A stretch of DNA of 64,000 bases from Candidatus Eiseniibacteriota bacterium (GTDB lineage Bacteria > Eisenbacteria > RBG-16-71-46), in contig JBGAOA010000004.1 of NCBI GenBank assembly GCA_044222065.1, positions 18,448-82,447 on the forward strand, read 5' to 3'. This document shows positions 47,340 to 57,002 of this stretch, one piece after another. Position 1 is the stretch's first letter. Every line of letters starts with the position of its first letter. Position numbers and translations under genes: made by a program. The notes under the pieces were generated by a model, which saw only the letters and a list, made by a program, of their open reading frames with translations, did not search any database and was not told the DNA's origin.

Positions 47340-49394
47340 ATGACGCGACGCGATCGGGATCGGAAGGCGGCGGCGCCCGCTCGGCGACCGCGCCACGCGC
47401 AGCCGCGCGGGCGCTGGCTCACGCGCGAGCGCGCGTGGATGCTCGCGCTGGTCGCGGCCGCGTTCCTCGTGCGGCTGCCCGGGATCGGGGCCGGCCTGCC
47501 GGCGATCTACGAGGAGGCCTATCCCTACAAGCGCGCGTGGATGATGTGGGGTTTCGATCGCGGCGGCGGCTTCGATCCGAACCCGCACTTCTTCCGCTAC
47601 CCGAGCCTCGTCCTTTACCTGCAGCTCGCGGGGCAGGCGCTCACGCGCGCGTGGCTCGACCTGACGGGCGCCGCGCGCTCGGTCCTGGAGCTGCAGGCGC
47701 TCGCGATCGCCGATCCGACGCCGTTCGTGCTCGTGGGCCGCGGGCTCATCGCGCTCGCGGGGGCGCTGGCCGCGTGGACGACGTGGCGCGCGGCGCGCGC
47801 GGCGAAGCTCGGTGCGGGCGCGTGGGTCGCGGGCGTCGTCGTGGCGATGAACGCGGCGCTGATCGCGAAGTCGAAGCTCATCGAGGTGGACGTGCCGCTC
47901 GCGCTGTTCGTCGCGTGGGCGCTCGAACGCGCGATCGCGCTGCGCGAATCGCGCACGATCCGGAACGCCGCGCTCGCGGGCGTCGCCGTGGGGCTCGCGA
48001 CCTCGGCGAAGTACACGGGGGCGGCGGCGTTCCTCGCGCCGCTGCTCGCGTGCTTCGTTCCGCGCCGCGCGGCCGCCGACGGCGCGCGACGCCGGGACCT
48101 CGCCCCGCTCGCGGCGCTCGGCGTCGCGCTCCTGGCCGCCGCGCTCGCGTTCGCGCTCACGTCGCCTTACGTGCTGCTCGATGCGAAGTCCGCGCTCGCC
48201 GACCTCGCGGCCGAGCGCCAGCACCAGCAGTTGGGGCACTTCGGCGATGCGGGCAACGCGGCGCTCTACTTCGTGCGCTCCTGGTTCACCGACGTGGCCG
48301 GCTGGCCGCTCGCCCTCGCGGCGCTCGCGGGGCTGCTCCTCGCCGCGTCACGCGCGATCGGCAACTGGGCGTGGGTCGCCTTCGGCGTGCCGGTCGGGTT
48401 CGTCGCGGCGCTCTCGAGCACGCGCGTCGAGGCGGACCGTTACCTGCTGCCGCTCGTGCCGGTCGCCGCCGTGTACTCCGGCGCGCTCGTGGACGCGCTG
48501 CTCGGCACGCCGCGGCTCGCGGCGCTCGCGCCGCGCTCGCGCGTCCTGCTCGCGGCCGCGTGTGCGGCCGTGCTCGCCGCGCCGTCCGTGCCCGCGCTCG
48601 CGAAGAGCCTCGCGGGCCGCGGGACCGATCCGCGTACCGAGGCGAAGCGCTGGATCGAATCACACGTGCCGTCGGGTTCGATGATCGTGAGCGAGGCGTA
48701 CGGACCGCCGCTCGTCGGCGCGGTGGACCTGATCGAGTACGACGAGTCGCTGCGGCGCGCGCTCGTCGCGAAGGGCTACGGCCGGCTCGTCTACGCGCGC
48801 CAGACGCTGCCTTCGTTCCAGGTGCTGCCGCGGCGCTCGGCGCGCTTCTACGACGCGCGACTGTGGCGCGACGCCGACGCGTTCGTCGTCACCGAGTCCG
48901 TACGCTCGCGCTATGCCGCCGAGCCCGATTCGTTCGGGCCGCAGCTCGCGTTCTACGACACGATCGCCGCGCGCTTCCCCGTGAAGCAGGAGTTCCGCGC
49001 GCCCGACGGCTCGCTCGTGCTCACGCTCCACTGGCACGGACGCGCGGACGACCGCTTCGCCGACCGCGAGCCCGCAGGTCCGGACTCGACGCTGCTCGCG
49101 CTCGGGAACGCGACGGGCGGCGAGGCGTACACGTGCTTCACGTGGGGCGCGAACTACGAGGCGTTCCGCAAGTGGGCGGCCGCCTCGCGCGCCTACCAGA
49201 TGTGCCTGCGCTATCCCGCCACGCCCGAGCGCTACCACACGCAGTCGGTCGTGCGGCTCGCGAGCCTGCTCCTGAAGGCGGGACGCCCGGGCGATGCGGC
49301 GGGGTTCCTCGACGAGGTGATCGCGCGGCCCGTGGACGAGGGCGAGGCGGCCGCGCTCGCGCGGATGCGCGCGCAGATCGCGGCGCCGCGCTGA
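47340..49394 (+). CDS. GT-C fold glycosyltransferase (PMT/ArnT-like, PMT_2 family) with a C-terminal extracytoplasmic/TPR-like region
   Basis: This is the last 684 codons of ORF 41427..49394, starting at the ATG at 47340. About 10 TM segments. First-loop acidic motif IYEEAYPYKRAW. FRYPSLVLYL is also present. Confidence 0.82.
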   Translation: MTRRDRDRKAAAPARRPRHAQPRGRWLTRERAWMLALVAAAFLVRLPGIGAGLPAIYEEAYPYKRAWMMWGFDRGGGFDPNPHFFRYPSLVLYLQLAGQALTRAWLDLTGAARSVLELQALAIADPTPFVLVGRGLIALAGALAAWTTWRAARAAKLGAGAWVAGVVVAMNAALIAKSKLIEVDVPLALFVAWALERAIALRESRTIRNAALAGVAVGLATSAKYTGAAAFLAPLLACFVPRRAAADGARRRDLAPLAALGVALLAAALAFALTSPYVLLDAKSALADLAAERQHQQLGHFGDAGNAALYFVRSWFTDVAGWPLALAALAGLLLAASRAIGNWAWVAFGVPVGFVAALSSTRVEADRYLLPLVPVAAVYSGALVDALLGTPRLAALAPRSRVLLAAACAAVLAAPSVPALAKSLAGRGTDPRTEAKRWIESHVPSGSMIVSEAYGPPLVGAVDLIEYDESLRRALVAKGYGRLVYARQTLPSFQVLPRRSARFYDARLWRDADAFVVTESVRSRYAAEPDSFGPQLAFYDTIAARFPVKQEFRAPDGSLVLTLHWHGRADDRFADREPAGPDSTLLALGNATGGEAYTCFTWGANYEAFRKWAAASRAYQMCLRYPATPERYHTQSVVRLASLLLKAGRPGDAAGFLDEVIARPVDEGEAAALARMRAQIAAPR

Positions 49395-49487
49395 TCCGGC
49401 GGCGGCGCGCCGTGGCGCACGACGTCTGCGCCTCGCGCCGCATCGCGTGCGGCGCGCGTGCCGCTCCGTGTGCCGCCCGGGCCGCGC

Positions 49488-50117
49488 TTACGCCGCTCGG
49501 CGCGCCGCGACCTCGACGACTTCGCGCCGCGAGATGCCGCGGCCCTTGAGCCACGCGACGTACTCGGCGTACGCCTCTTCGAGATCGCGCACGGCGTTCT
49601 CGACGCGCGCGGGGCGCTGGCCCGTGATGCGGCGCTCGCGCCGCGCCGCCTCGGCGATGACGCTCGGCGAGACGCCCGGCAGGTTCACGACGCGCGCGTT
49701 CTCGCGCGGCTGGATGCCTGTCGGGCCCTTCGTCGTGTGCGTGACCGAGCCGCCGTCGTCGTAGCGGCTCCACGCCTCGTAGAACACGCCCGCGACCGGA
49801 TGGTCGTAGACGGACGCGTAGAGGCCGTTCGCCGAGTCCGCGAGCAGCTGGATGCCCATGCCGTGGAGTTCCGGGATGCGGAACGTGCCGGCCGACACGA
49901 ACCCCGCGCTTTCGAACTCGCGCGCGATCGCGGCGACGGGCGCGGCGTTGTCGAGCGTCGTGGCGTCGGCGGGCTCGAGGTGGATGCGGTCCGCGGTGCG
50001 CGCGAGCGCGGCGTCGCCGATCGCGCGGCTGAAGAGCGCGGCGAGCACGAGGCGCGGAAGCGGCGTGAAGAACAGCACGATCACGAGCGCGATGGCGACG
50101 AGCAGGACGGCGTTCAT
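49488..50117 (-). CDS. hypothetical N-terminally membrane-anchored protein
   Basis: ATG at 50117 inside ORF 49488..51452 (MNAVLLVAIALVIVLFFTPL...). GC3 is high. No family recognised. Confidence 0.65.
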   Translation of the reverse strand: MNAVLLVAIALVIVLFFTPLPRLVLAALFSRAIGDAALARTADRIHLEPADATTLDNAAPVAAIAREFESAGFVSAGTFRIPELHGMGIQLLADSANGLYASVYDHPVAGVFYEAWSRYDDGGSVTHTTKGPTGIQPRENARVVNLPGVSPSVIAEAARRERRITGQRPARVENAVRDLEEAYAEYVAWLKGRGISRREVVEVAARRAA

Positions 50118-50179
50118 GGCGGGCCCCCGGAGTGGTCGGCGAGGTTCGCTCCGGTATCGGCCATCCGGCCGGTGCGGCT

Positions 50180-51452
50180 TCAGCGCGGAGTGGCGGCGAG
50201 CGCCTCGATCGCGTCGGCCGCCGCCTCGGCGCCGCGCCGGCCCGGATCGCGGCGCTCGCGCGCGCGGCGCTCGCCGCCGCCTCGGGCGAGCCGAAGCAGG
50301 GCGCGCAACGCGGCCTCGGCCCGTGCCGCGTTCCAGCGCGGGCGAGGCACCACGCGCGCGAGGCCGAGGGCTCCGCGCGCGCGGCGTTGTCCGGCTGGTC
50401 GTGCGAGTAGGGGACGACGAGCATCGGGCGCCTGAGCGCAGCGCCTCGGCCGTCGTGCCCATGCCGCCCTGGTGCACGATCGCCGCCGCGCGCGGGAACA
50501 GCGCCGCGTAGCTCGCCCACTCGGCGACGTGCACGTCGCCGCCCGCGGGGACGCGGACGCCCGTGTCGCGCCCGACGAGCAGCAGCGCGCGGCGCCCGAG
50601 CGCGCGCGCCGCCGCGAGTCCGTCGTCGTAAAACGCGCCCGCCGCGTGGACCGCGCTGCTCCCGAGCGTGAACACGACGGGCGGCTCGCCCGCGGCGAGG
50701 AACGCCTCGATCGCCGACGTGAGTGCTGCGGGTGCGCCGCCGTCGTAGAACGGGAAACCCGTTGCGAGCGAGGGCCGAGGCCAGTCGGGCTGCGGCGGAC
50801 CGAAGACGGGCGAGAACAGCGCGAGATGGAGGTGCGGCGAGAAGCCGCCTTCAAACAGCGGGTGCGCGCGGTCCGCGAGGCCGAGACGACGGCGCAGCGC
50901 GCGAATCGGCGCGATCCAGCGCGCCGTCGAGAGCCGGCCGAGCGCGTGGAGCAGGCGCTGCGGGTGCGGCGCGAACCGTCGCAGCGCGGCGAACGACTCG
51001 CTGCCGGGATAGAGGCTCGGGTCGGTCTCGGAGAACATCGAGAGCGGCGCGAGGGCCGCCGAGGCCCACGGCCGTCGCGCGATCTCGGCCGCGGCGACGG
51101 CGCCGAAGGCGAGCGGATGCGTGAGCAGCGCGTCGTGCGCGCGGGCGAGCGACAGCGTCTCGTCGAAGGCGCGCTCGACGAACGGCACGAACAGTTCGGT
51201 GACGACGCGTTCCGAGCCGCGCGGTCCGTCCATGTAGCGGTGCATGTCGGCGCGTCCGCTCGAGAACAGGTCCACGAAGTCCGGACCGATGGAGCCGAAC
51301 GCGAGTCCGGCGCGCGCGACGTCGGCTGCGAAGTGCGGGTGCGTCGCGACCGTGACCGCGTGCCCGCGCGCGACGAGCGAGCGCCCGATCGCGAGATAGG
51401 GGTGCAGGTCGCCGTGCGAGCCGAAGGTCGTGAGGAGGAGGCGGTGGGGCAT
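50180..51452 (-). pseudogene. GT1-family (MGT/UDP-glycosyltransferase-like) glycosyltransferase with two frame breaks near 50425-50433 and 50368-50380
   Basis: Frame 1 reads MPHRLLLTTFGSHGDLHPYLAIG...IVHQGGMGTTAEALRSG. Frame 2 reads PMLVVPYSHDQPDNAARA. Frame 3 reads LGLARVVPRPRWNAARAEAALRALL...AAADAIEAL, ending at the stop at 50180. Confidence 0.8.
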
Positions 51453-51540
51453 CGAGAACCAGCGCAGCGGGGAGAACGGTTTGGTGGCGCGGCGCTCAAG
51501 CTCGCATCGGGGCCGTGGTCGCCGCGCGCATTCGCGCCGA

Positions 51541-51572
51541 CCCCGGGGACGAAGCGAGCTTCGTCCCCGGGG
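51541..51572 (-). terminator. perfect 15-bp-arm palindromic hairpin at the left edge of the lower-GC islet
   Basis: ccccggggacgaagc-ga-gcttcgtccccgggg. It lies 37 nt downstream of the small membrane gene stop and has no U-tract. Confidence 0.5.
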
Positions 51573-51608
51573 CGGGCACGGCGCGACTCGGTGGCGTTCG
51601 TTCCGGGA

Positions 51609-51824
51609 TCAGCGCTTCGGGAACATGTAGAGCCCGCCGACGGCGAAGAACAGGCTCGCGAACATCGCTCCGAGAATCCGATCCCTATCGCTCATTCGAC
51701 TCGAGCTGAACAGGGCCGGGACGAGAGTCATCGTCATCAGCGGAACGTAGGTGTCGCGAGTGATTCCCCACCAGATCAATGCGAGGAGCACGGCGGCGGC
51801 GAGTGCCTTCAAGAACGGTCTCAT
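51609..51824 (-). CDS. small (71-aa) two-TM membrane protein
   Basis: ATG at 51824 after GAAGG. Sequence reads MRPFLKALAAAVLLALIWW...FASLFFAVGGLYMF. GC content is lower than in flanking genes. Confidence 0.45.
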   Translation of the reverse strand: MRPFLKALAAAVLLALIWWGITRDTYVPLMTMTLVPALFSSSRMSDRDRILGAMFASLFFAVGGLYMFPKR

Positions 51825-51884
51825 GTCAGTGCCTTCGATATTGAGCACGGAGATCGGCGGCGCGAGGCAAGTTGTCGTCCCCCG

Positions 51885-52520
51885 CTACTTCGCCGATCTG
51901 CGCTCCCCGAGCCGCGAGATCTTCACGATGCAACTGTCTCCTGACTGCTTCCAGGTGAGCCGCCAGCGTTGCGGCTTGCCGGGCGTGACCAGCGTCGAAG
52001 TCGTGTCGCGGCGCGCGCGGATCCCTATCCCCTCCGCCCTGAGGGACAGCGTTACGGCGCCTGCGTTGATCGGAACGAGCCGCAGTTCGCAACCACCCTG
52101 CTCGATCAGGCTCTGCGATCCTCCGGCGCGGTAGTTCATGTCGTTGCCAATCGAGAAGGAGTGCCAAGTCGGCGGCGGGCTTGACGCGGCGTAGATCGAG
52201 TCCTGCCGCTGCGCCTCCTCCCATGCCGCCACGTCGGCGCTATCGGAGTCTTCCGGGCGGGGGTTGGGAATGCCATCCTCCCAGCCGGATTGACCGATGC
52301 ATCCATTGATCTGTTCGATCGCTCCTTCGCGCGTCCACCCCGACCGCCGCCCATCTCGGTCGATGAGCACGGCCTCGACCGCCCAGCCATGAACGCTCAC
52401 GTTGACCCGGGTGAACTTCGTCGGCGTGGTCGTCGACACGCTGCCGATCGACGCACACGCCGCGGCGCCAAGGAGCCCAAGAACCATCATCCACGCCCCA
52501 ACGCGAGTCTTCAGCGACAT
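51885..52520 (-). CDS. lipoprotein, function unknown
   Basis: ATG at 52520 inside ORF 51885..52622. Lipobox VLGLLGAAAC. Lower GC3. Confidence 0.65.
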   Translation of the reverse strand: MSLKTRVGAWMMVLGLLGAAACASIGSVSTTTPTKFTRVNVSVHGWAVEAVLIDRDGRRSGWTREGAIEQINGCIGQSGWEDGIPNPRPEDSDSADVAAWEEAQRQDSIYAASSPPPTWHSFSIGNDMNYRAGGSQSLIEQGGCELRLVPINAGAVTLSLRAEGIGIRARRDTTSTLVTPGKPQRWRLTWKQSGDSCIVKISRLGERRSAK

Positions 52521-52528
52521 GCCACACC

Positions 52529-54890
52529 TCACCGGAGGATGACGAACCGCACGACTTCCGAGCCACTTCGCAACCGCGCCAGGTACACGCCGGCCCGGTG
52601 TGACCCTTCGCGCCAGTCCCAACGCACCACCCGATCCCCGGGCGCCACCTGTGCCACGCCCACCCGCCTCCCGCCCGGGTCGAACACCACGATCGCGTCC
52701 CCGGCGCCCGCCGGCGCGGCGAGCACGAACTCCACCGGACCGGTCGCTGGATTGCGGCGCACTGCGAGGCGGATGCGATGCGCTGGCGTGACCGGGGGCT
52801 CGACGCCGAGCGGGCCGAGGTAGCTCACCGCGACCGTCCGCGCCGCTGCCGAGTAGTGGAGATCGTAGGCGGCGCCCACCGGCACCACCGCCGTGTCCCC
52901 GGCCGCGTCGGTCGAGAACACCCCGGCATCGTCGTGGGCCGAGACGTTCAGCGCATGACCCGCGTCCGCGTAGACGCGCAGCAGGTAGTGCCCGTCCAGC
53001 GCCTCCGCAACGTCCAGATCGTAGCCTGTCTGCCGGTCCTCCCAGTCGTCGCCGTCGTCGTGCTCCGAGCCCACATCCATGACCCAGGCGTCGGGGATCT
53101 CCGTAATGTCCTCGTCTGTGCCGGCGTCGCGCAGCAGGCGCCGACCCAGCGGATCCACGAGCTCCACCCGCCGCGTCCCGTTCGTGAGCACCGACAGGCT
53201 TGGCGTGCCGGTGCCGGCCACGGCGGTGGCCCCCGACGGCTCAGGTCCGGGTGCCGGCTCGACCCAGCGCGCCAGGCGAAACCGGTTGTCGTAGTTGGCG
53301 AGCTTGCCAGTGATTCTCCGGGACTCGATCAGCCGCGTGAAGTTCCGAGGGTCGTAGGGGTCCTTGATTGAGTAAGTCCCCCGCGCCGAGCCGTCCGGCC
53401 GGAACGATGGCATCCAGCCGTCGGCGACCACGAAGTGGCCGTGGCTGGCGAGGTTGAGCTGCACGGGGATGTTCCTCACCAGCAGGCTATCGACGTGAGC
53501 CGCCAGCCCCGGCGAGTCAACGACCTGCTTGCTTACAAGGCGCGGGCTCTGCGGCAGCCTTCCGGTAGATCATTCTCCAGTACACGCGCCCCCTGTCACC
53601 CTCGACCACCGGCGTCGTTGGATTGTGCCGTGACGGGACCAGCACCGCCAAACGGAGGGACGTGTCCCTGACCACGAAAGTCGCCAGCGGATTGACGTAG
53701 TTGCCGCGCTCGACGAGGAAGCGGTCCCCGACCTTGAGCCGAGTGTCGTCCTCGGTGTAGGGCCGATACCGGACCGTGTCCCCGGTCGGGGACACCCACT
53801 TGACGATGCACACCTCTGACGCCTTGTACCCCTTACTCCGCTGCAGGTGCGCGTTGAGGCTGTCCACCGTGCAAGGGAACCCTGCGTACGTGTAGCACAT
53901 CGCCATCGACGCCACCTGACACGCCGTCCCGTCCGTGAGCCGTCGCGTGCCCACCGGCTGGCTGCCGAACAGGTAGCCGCCGTGGTCCGTGCCCGTGACC
54001 TGCGATATCCGCTCGAGCGTGTCCCCCTGCGCGTTCTTGACCTTGAACTGCGGCCACAACACGAGCCCGCTGACGAGTCCGGTCGCGCTCGTGATGTGCG
54101 TGCTGTCGAATGCCGTCGTGTGCGAGGCGAACGTCACGCTTTGCAGCGCCGCGTCGCGCAGCGTGTCGGGGATGCTGAAGGTCTGGACGTCGCTGAAGAC
54201 GTTGCCGACCCCGCCGTTGCTCGCCTGTGCGCAGAGTGGGAAGACGCCGGCTGTCGCGGGTTGCGCGACGAAGAAGGGATCTCCAGGCACGACCTGGTCC
54301 GACCAGTTGCGGACGCGGTACCAGAGGTCGAACGGATAGCCACCGCCTGAACTGACGTCGTAAAGGGTTCCCGTTCCCCACGTCCTTCCATCGCCGAAGG
54401 TGAATGAGGCCGTGAGCACCGCGAAGCCTGCATCCTCTCCATCGGTCCAGTCGTTGGCCGTGACGATCGCGCCGACGCGGTTGGCGAAGGTCTTTGGCGG
54501 CAGCGTGTAGGTCACCGAGCCGTTGAGGCCGATGGAGACGCCCTGCGACCGAGTGCTCCTGATGAGAATGCTGTCGGTGCCGCCGATGGCGCGGACGAGC
54601 AGCCCGTCGAGGAAGGTCGGCCATGTGGTGTGTCCGCCGGCGGCGTAGCCGGTGCCTCCGCTCGGGGACAACAAGGGAACCTGCTTGAAGGCCGACGCGG
54701 CGTTCGACGGCGTCGCGGCGAACGTCGGGCGCGCTTGGCCGCACAATCCGATCGCCCCGACGACGATGATCGCGATGGCTCGATGAGTGAAGGGCCGCGG
54801 CGTGCGAAGGCGGCGAGGATCGGGACTGCCGTCAGCGGCATTCGAAGTTGAGCGTTCGCGAGAGCGAGAAGGAGCGTTGGAGGGAATCAT
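52529..54890 (-). pseudogene. C39-like cysteine-peptidase-domain protein with a FlgD-Ig/T9SS-type C-terminal domain; one frame break between 53520 and 53569
   Basis: ATG at 54890 after GGAGG. N-terminal anchor AIAIIVVGAIGLC. Cys motif GTACQVASMAMCYTYAG lies in ORF 53517..56204. His motif LASHGHFVVADGW lies in ORF 52529..53479. C-terminal RRNPATGPV...AGVYLARL. Confidence 0.75.
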
Positions 54891-55051
54891 CGAGGGCCTC
54901 CAGGAGAGAGGGGTGAGGCCGGTGGCGCGCGTCCGACGCTCGAACGCGACGCGGTGACTCCTGGTCGCGCGAGCGCAAGGGTCAGACGGAATGCGGGTGA
55001 TGTCGAATGCGATTCGAGGCATCCGCAAACCCGACGGAAGTTCCTTCCGAG

Positions 55052-56905
55052 TCAGTGCAGCGGCGTTCGATCCGCGGCGGGCGGCGCCTGCAAGTCGTCC
55101 GCCGCCTGTCCCGTGATCGCGACGCGCAGCGAGTCCGCGGGGGGCAGCGCGTCCGGCGCGAGCCAGCCCTTCGCGATCATCGCGCGCCCGATGAAGTGCA
55201 TCTGCGCGCGCTCGAACGGGCGCAGCGCGCCGTCCGCGTCGAGCCGGTACGTCCACTTGTTCGGCGACGGGATCACGGTGGTGAGGAACAGCGCCTGCTC
55301 GATCGTGAGGCGTTCGGGTGTCGTGCCGAAGTAGTACGCGGCCGCTTCGCCCGCGCCGTGGATGCCCGGGCCCCACTCGATGATGTTGAGATAGATCTCG
55401 AGCAGCCGCTCCTTCGTCACGCCGGTCAGGTGCTCGAGCACCCACGCGAGCACGACCTCCTGACCCTTGCGCGACAGCGTGCGTTCGTGGCCGAGGTACA
55501 GGTTGCGCGCGAGCTGCATCGTCACCGTGCCGGCGCCGCGCGCGTAGGCGCCCTGCCGCAGGTTGTGCGCGATCGCGAGTCGCACGGCCTCGGTGTTGAA
55601 CCCGCGGTGGCGGAAGAAGCCGCCGTCCTCGTTCGCGAGCACGGCGTGCACGAGGTTCGAGTCGATCGCGGCGAGCGGACGGTAGTAGGGATTCGAGCCG
55701 TCGAGGACGCGCGTCACGACGTAGTGGCGCGGCAGGTGGATCCGCGCTTCGAACGGTTCGTCGAGCGTGGCGAGCCGGAGCTGCGTGCGCGCGCCGTCGA
55801 GCTGGAGACCGTGCGGCACGACGCGGGTGTTGAAGGTCGCCGAGTCGGGCTCGGCAAGATTCACGGCCGCCTCGAGCGCGTAGTCCCACGTGCCCGTCAC
55901 GCCGACCTCGAGCAGGGGGCCGAGCACGGCGCTCGGCAGGCTCGACTTGAAGCGCCGCTCGTCGAGTCCGTCCGCGGCGAGCCGGAAGCGGAACGCCGGG
56001 CCGTCGCGGCGGACCTCGCCCGAAAGCGCCCAGCGCATCTCGCCGACGTGGAAGTGCGTCGAGTCGGCGAGCCGCACGACACCCGCGCGCCGGTCCTGGT
56101 GGAGCGCGCCTTCGAGGCCGAGCCGCAACGTGTCGGTGCGCGCGGCGTCGAGCGCGGGCAGTGTGACGCGGCCGCGGGCCGTGAGCCGGTCGTCGTGCGT
56201 CCACTCGAGGCGGCCGTCGAAGCCGAGCGGCTGCTCGCCGTCGTAGCGGCCGTTCGCGGTCAGCGTCACGGCGTCCGCGGCCGGCTCGAAGAGGAGCTGG
56301 TGGAGGAGCAGCTTCCGCGGCGGCGTCGCGAGCGCGCCGCGGCGCGGCGACGACTCGGAGTCGGGCGCGAAGGCGACCTCGAGGTTCGTGATCCGCACCG
56401 ACGGCATCGCGCGCGCGGGAAGCAGCATCGTGTGCACGAGGGATTCCGCCGCGCGGCGCACCTTCGGCGCCGCGGGGCCCGACTCACGCCGGCCTGCGGG
56501 CCGCTCGTTCGCCTCGCCGAGCGGGTCCTCGTCGGATCGGCGCCGCGCCGCCACGACGATGCGCGCGTCGTAGAGCTCGACCTCGGAGGGCTCGATCCGC
56601 CCGGCGAAGAGCGGCAGCAGCTTCACGCCGACCGACAGCTGATTCACCGTGACGAGCGGTTCGCCGCCCGCGAGCGGCGTGGCCGCGAGCGCGCGCACAT
56701 ACACTTCGCCGTCGAGGCCGAAGCGAAGCGCGCTCCACGAGACCGCGAGTCCGCGCTCGGCGGCGCGTTCGCGCAGGACGCGTGTGGCGAGCGCGGGAAC
56801 GAGCGCGTTCGCGACGACGAGGAACACGAGGAACGCGCCGAACACCGCGGCCGCGGCCCACAACAGCCGCCGCGCCGTGCGATCGCGTTCGGCCGCGCCG
56901 CTCAT
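55052..56905 (-). CDS. GT51 peptidoglycan glycosyltransferase domain protein with a long N-terminal membrane-anchored region
   Basis: TM segment LLWAAAAVFGAFLVFLVV. Transglycosylase motifs NEDGGFFRHRGF, RGAGTVTMQLARNLYL and RKGQE. No transpeptidase domain. Confidence 0.85.
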   Translation of the reverse strand: MSGAAERDRTARRLLWAAAAVFGAFLVFLVVANALVPALATRVLRERAAERGLAVSWSALRFGLDGEVYVRALAATPLAGGEPLVTVNQLSVGVKLLPLFAGRIEPSEVELYDARIVVAARRRSDEDPLGEANERPAGRRESGPAAPKVRRAAESLVHTMLLPARAMPSVRITNLEVAFAPDSESSPRRGALATPPRKLLLHQLLFEPAADAVTLTANGRYDGEQPLGFDGRLEWTHDDRLTARGRVTLPALDAARTDTLRLGLEGALHQDRRAGVVRLADSTHFHVGEMRWALSGEVRRDGPAFRFRLAADGLDERRFKSSLPSAVLGPLLEVGVTGTWDYALEAAVNLAEPDSATFNTRVVPHGLQLDGARTQLRLATLDEPFEARIHLPRHYVVTRVLDGSNPYYRPLAAIDSNLVHAVLANEDGGFFRHRGFNTEAVRLAIAHNLRQGAYARGAGTVTMQLARNLYLGHERTLSRKGQEVVLAWVLEHLTGVTKERLLEIYLNIIEWGPGIHGAGEAAAYYFGTTPERLTIEQALFLTTVIPSPNKWTYRLDADGALRPFERAQMHFIGRAMIAKGWLAPDALPPADSLRVAITGQAADDLQAPPAADRTPLH

Positions 56906-57002
56906 CGTCGAGGTCTCCCGGCGCGTGCCGTGGCGGAGCCGAAACGCCGAGCCCGGCGAAGTGCCGGGCTCGGTGAGGATCGGCGCGGGGCGTCCGCGCC
57001 GC

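Noticed and set aside
49435-49455. Hairpin gcgccgca-tcgcg-tgcggcgc between the convergent GT-C gene and the 209-aa gene
   Set aside because: It is a plausible stem, but it has no U-tract on either strand. Similar 8-bp GC stems are frequent at this composition, so I did not list it as a feature.
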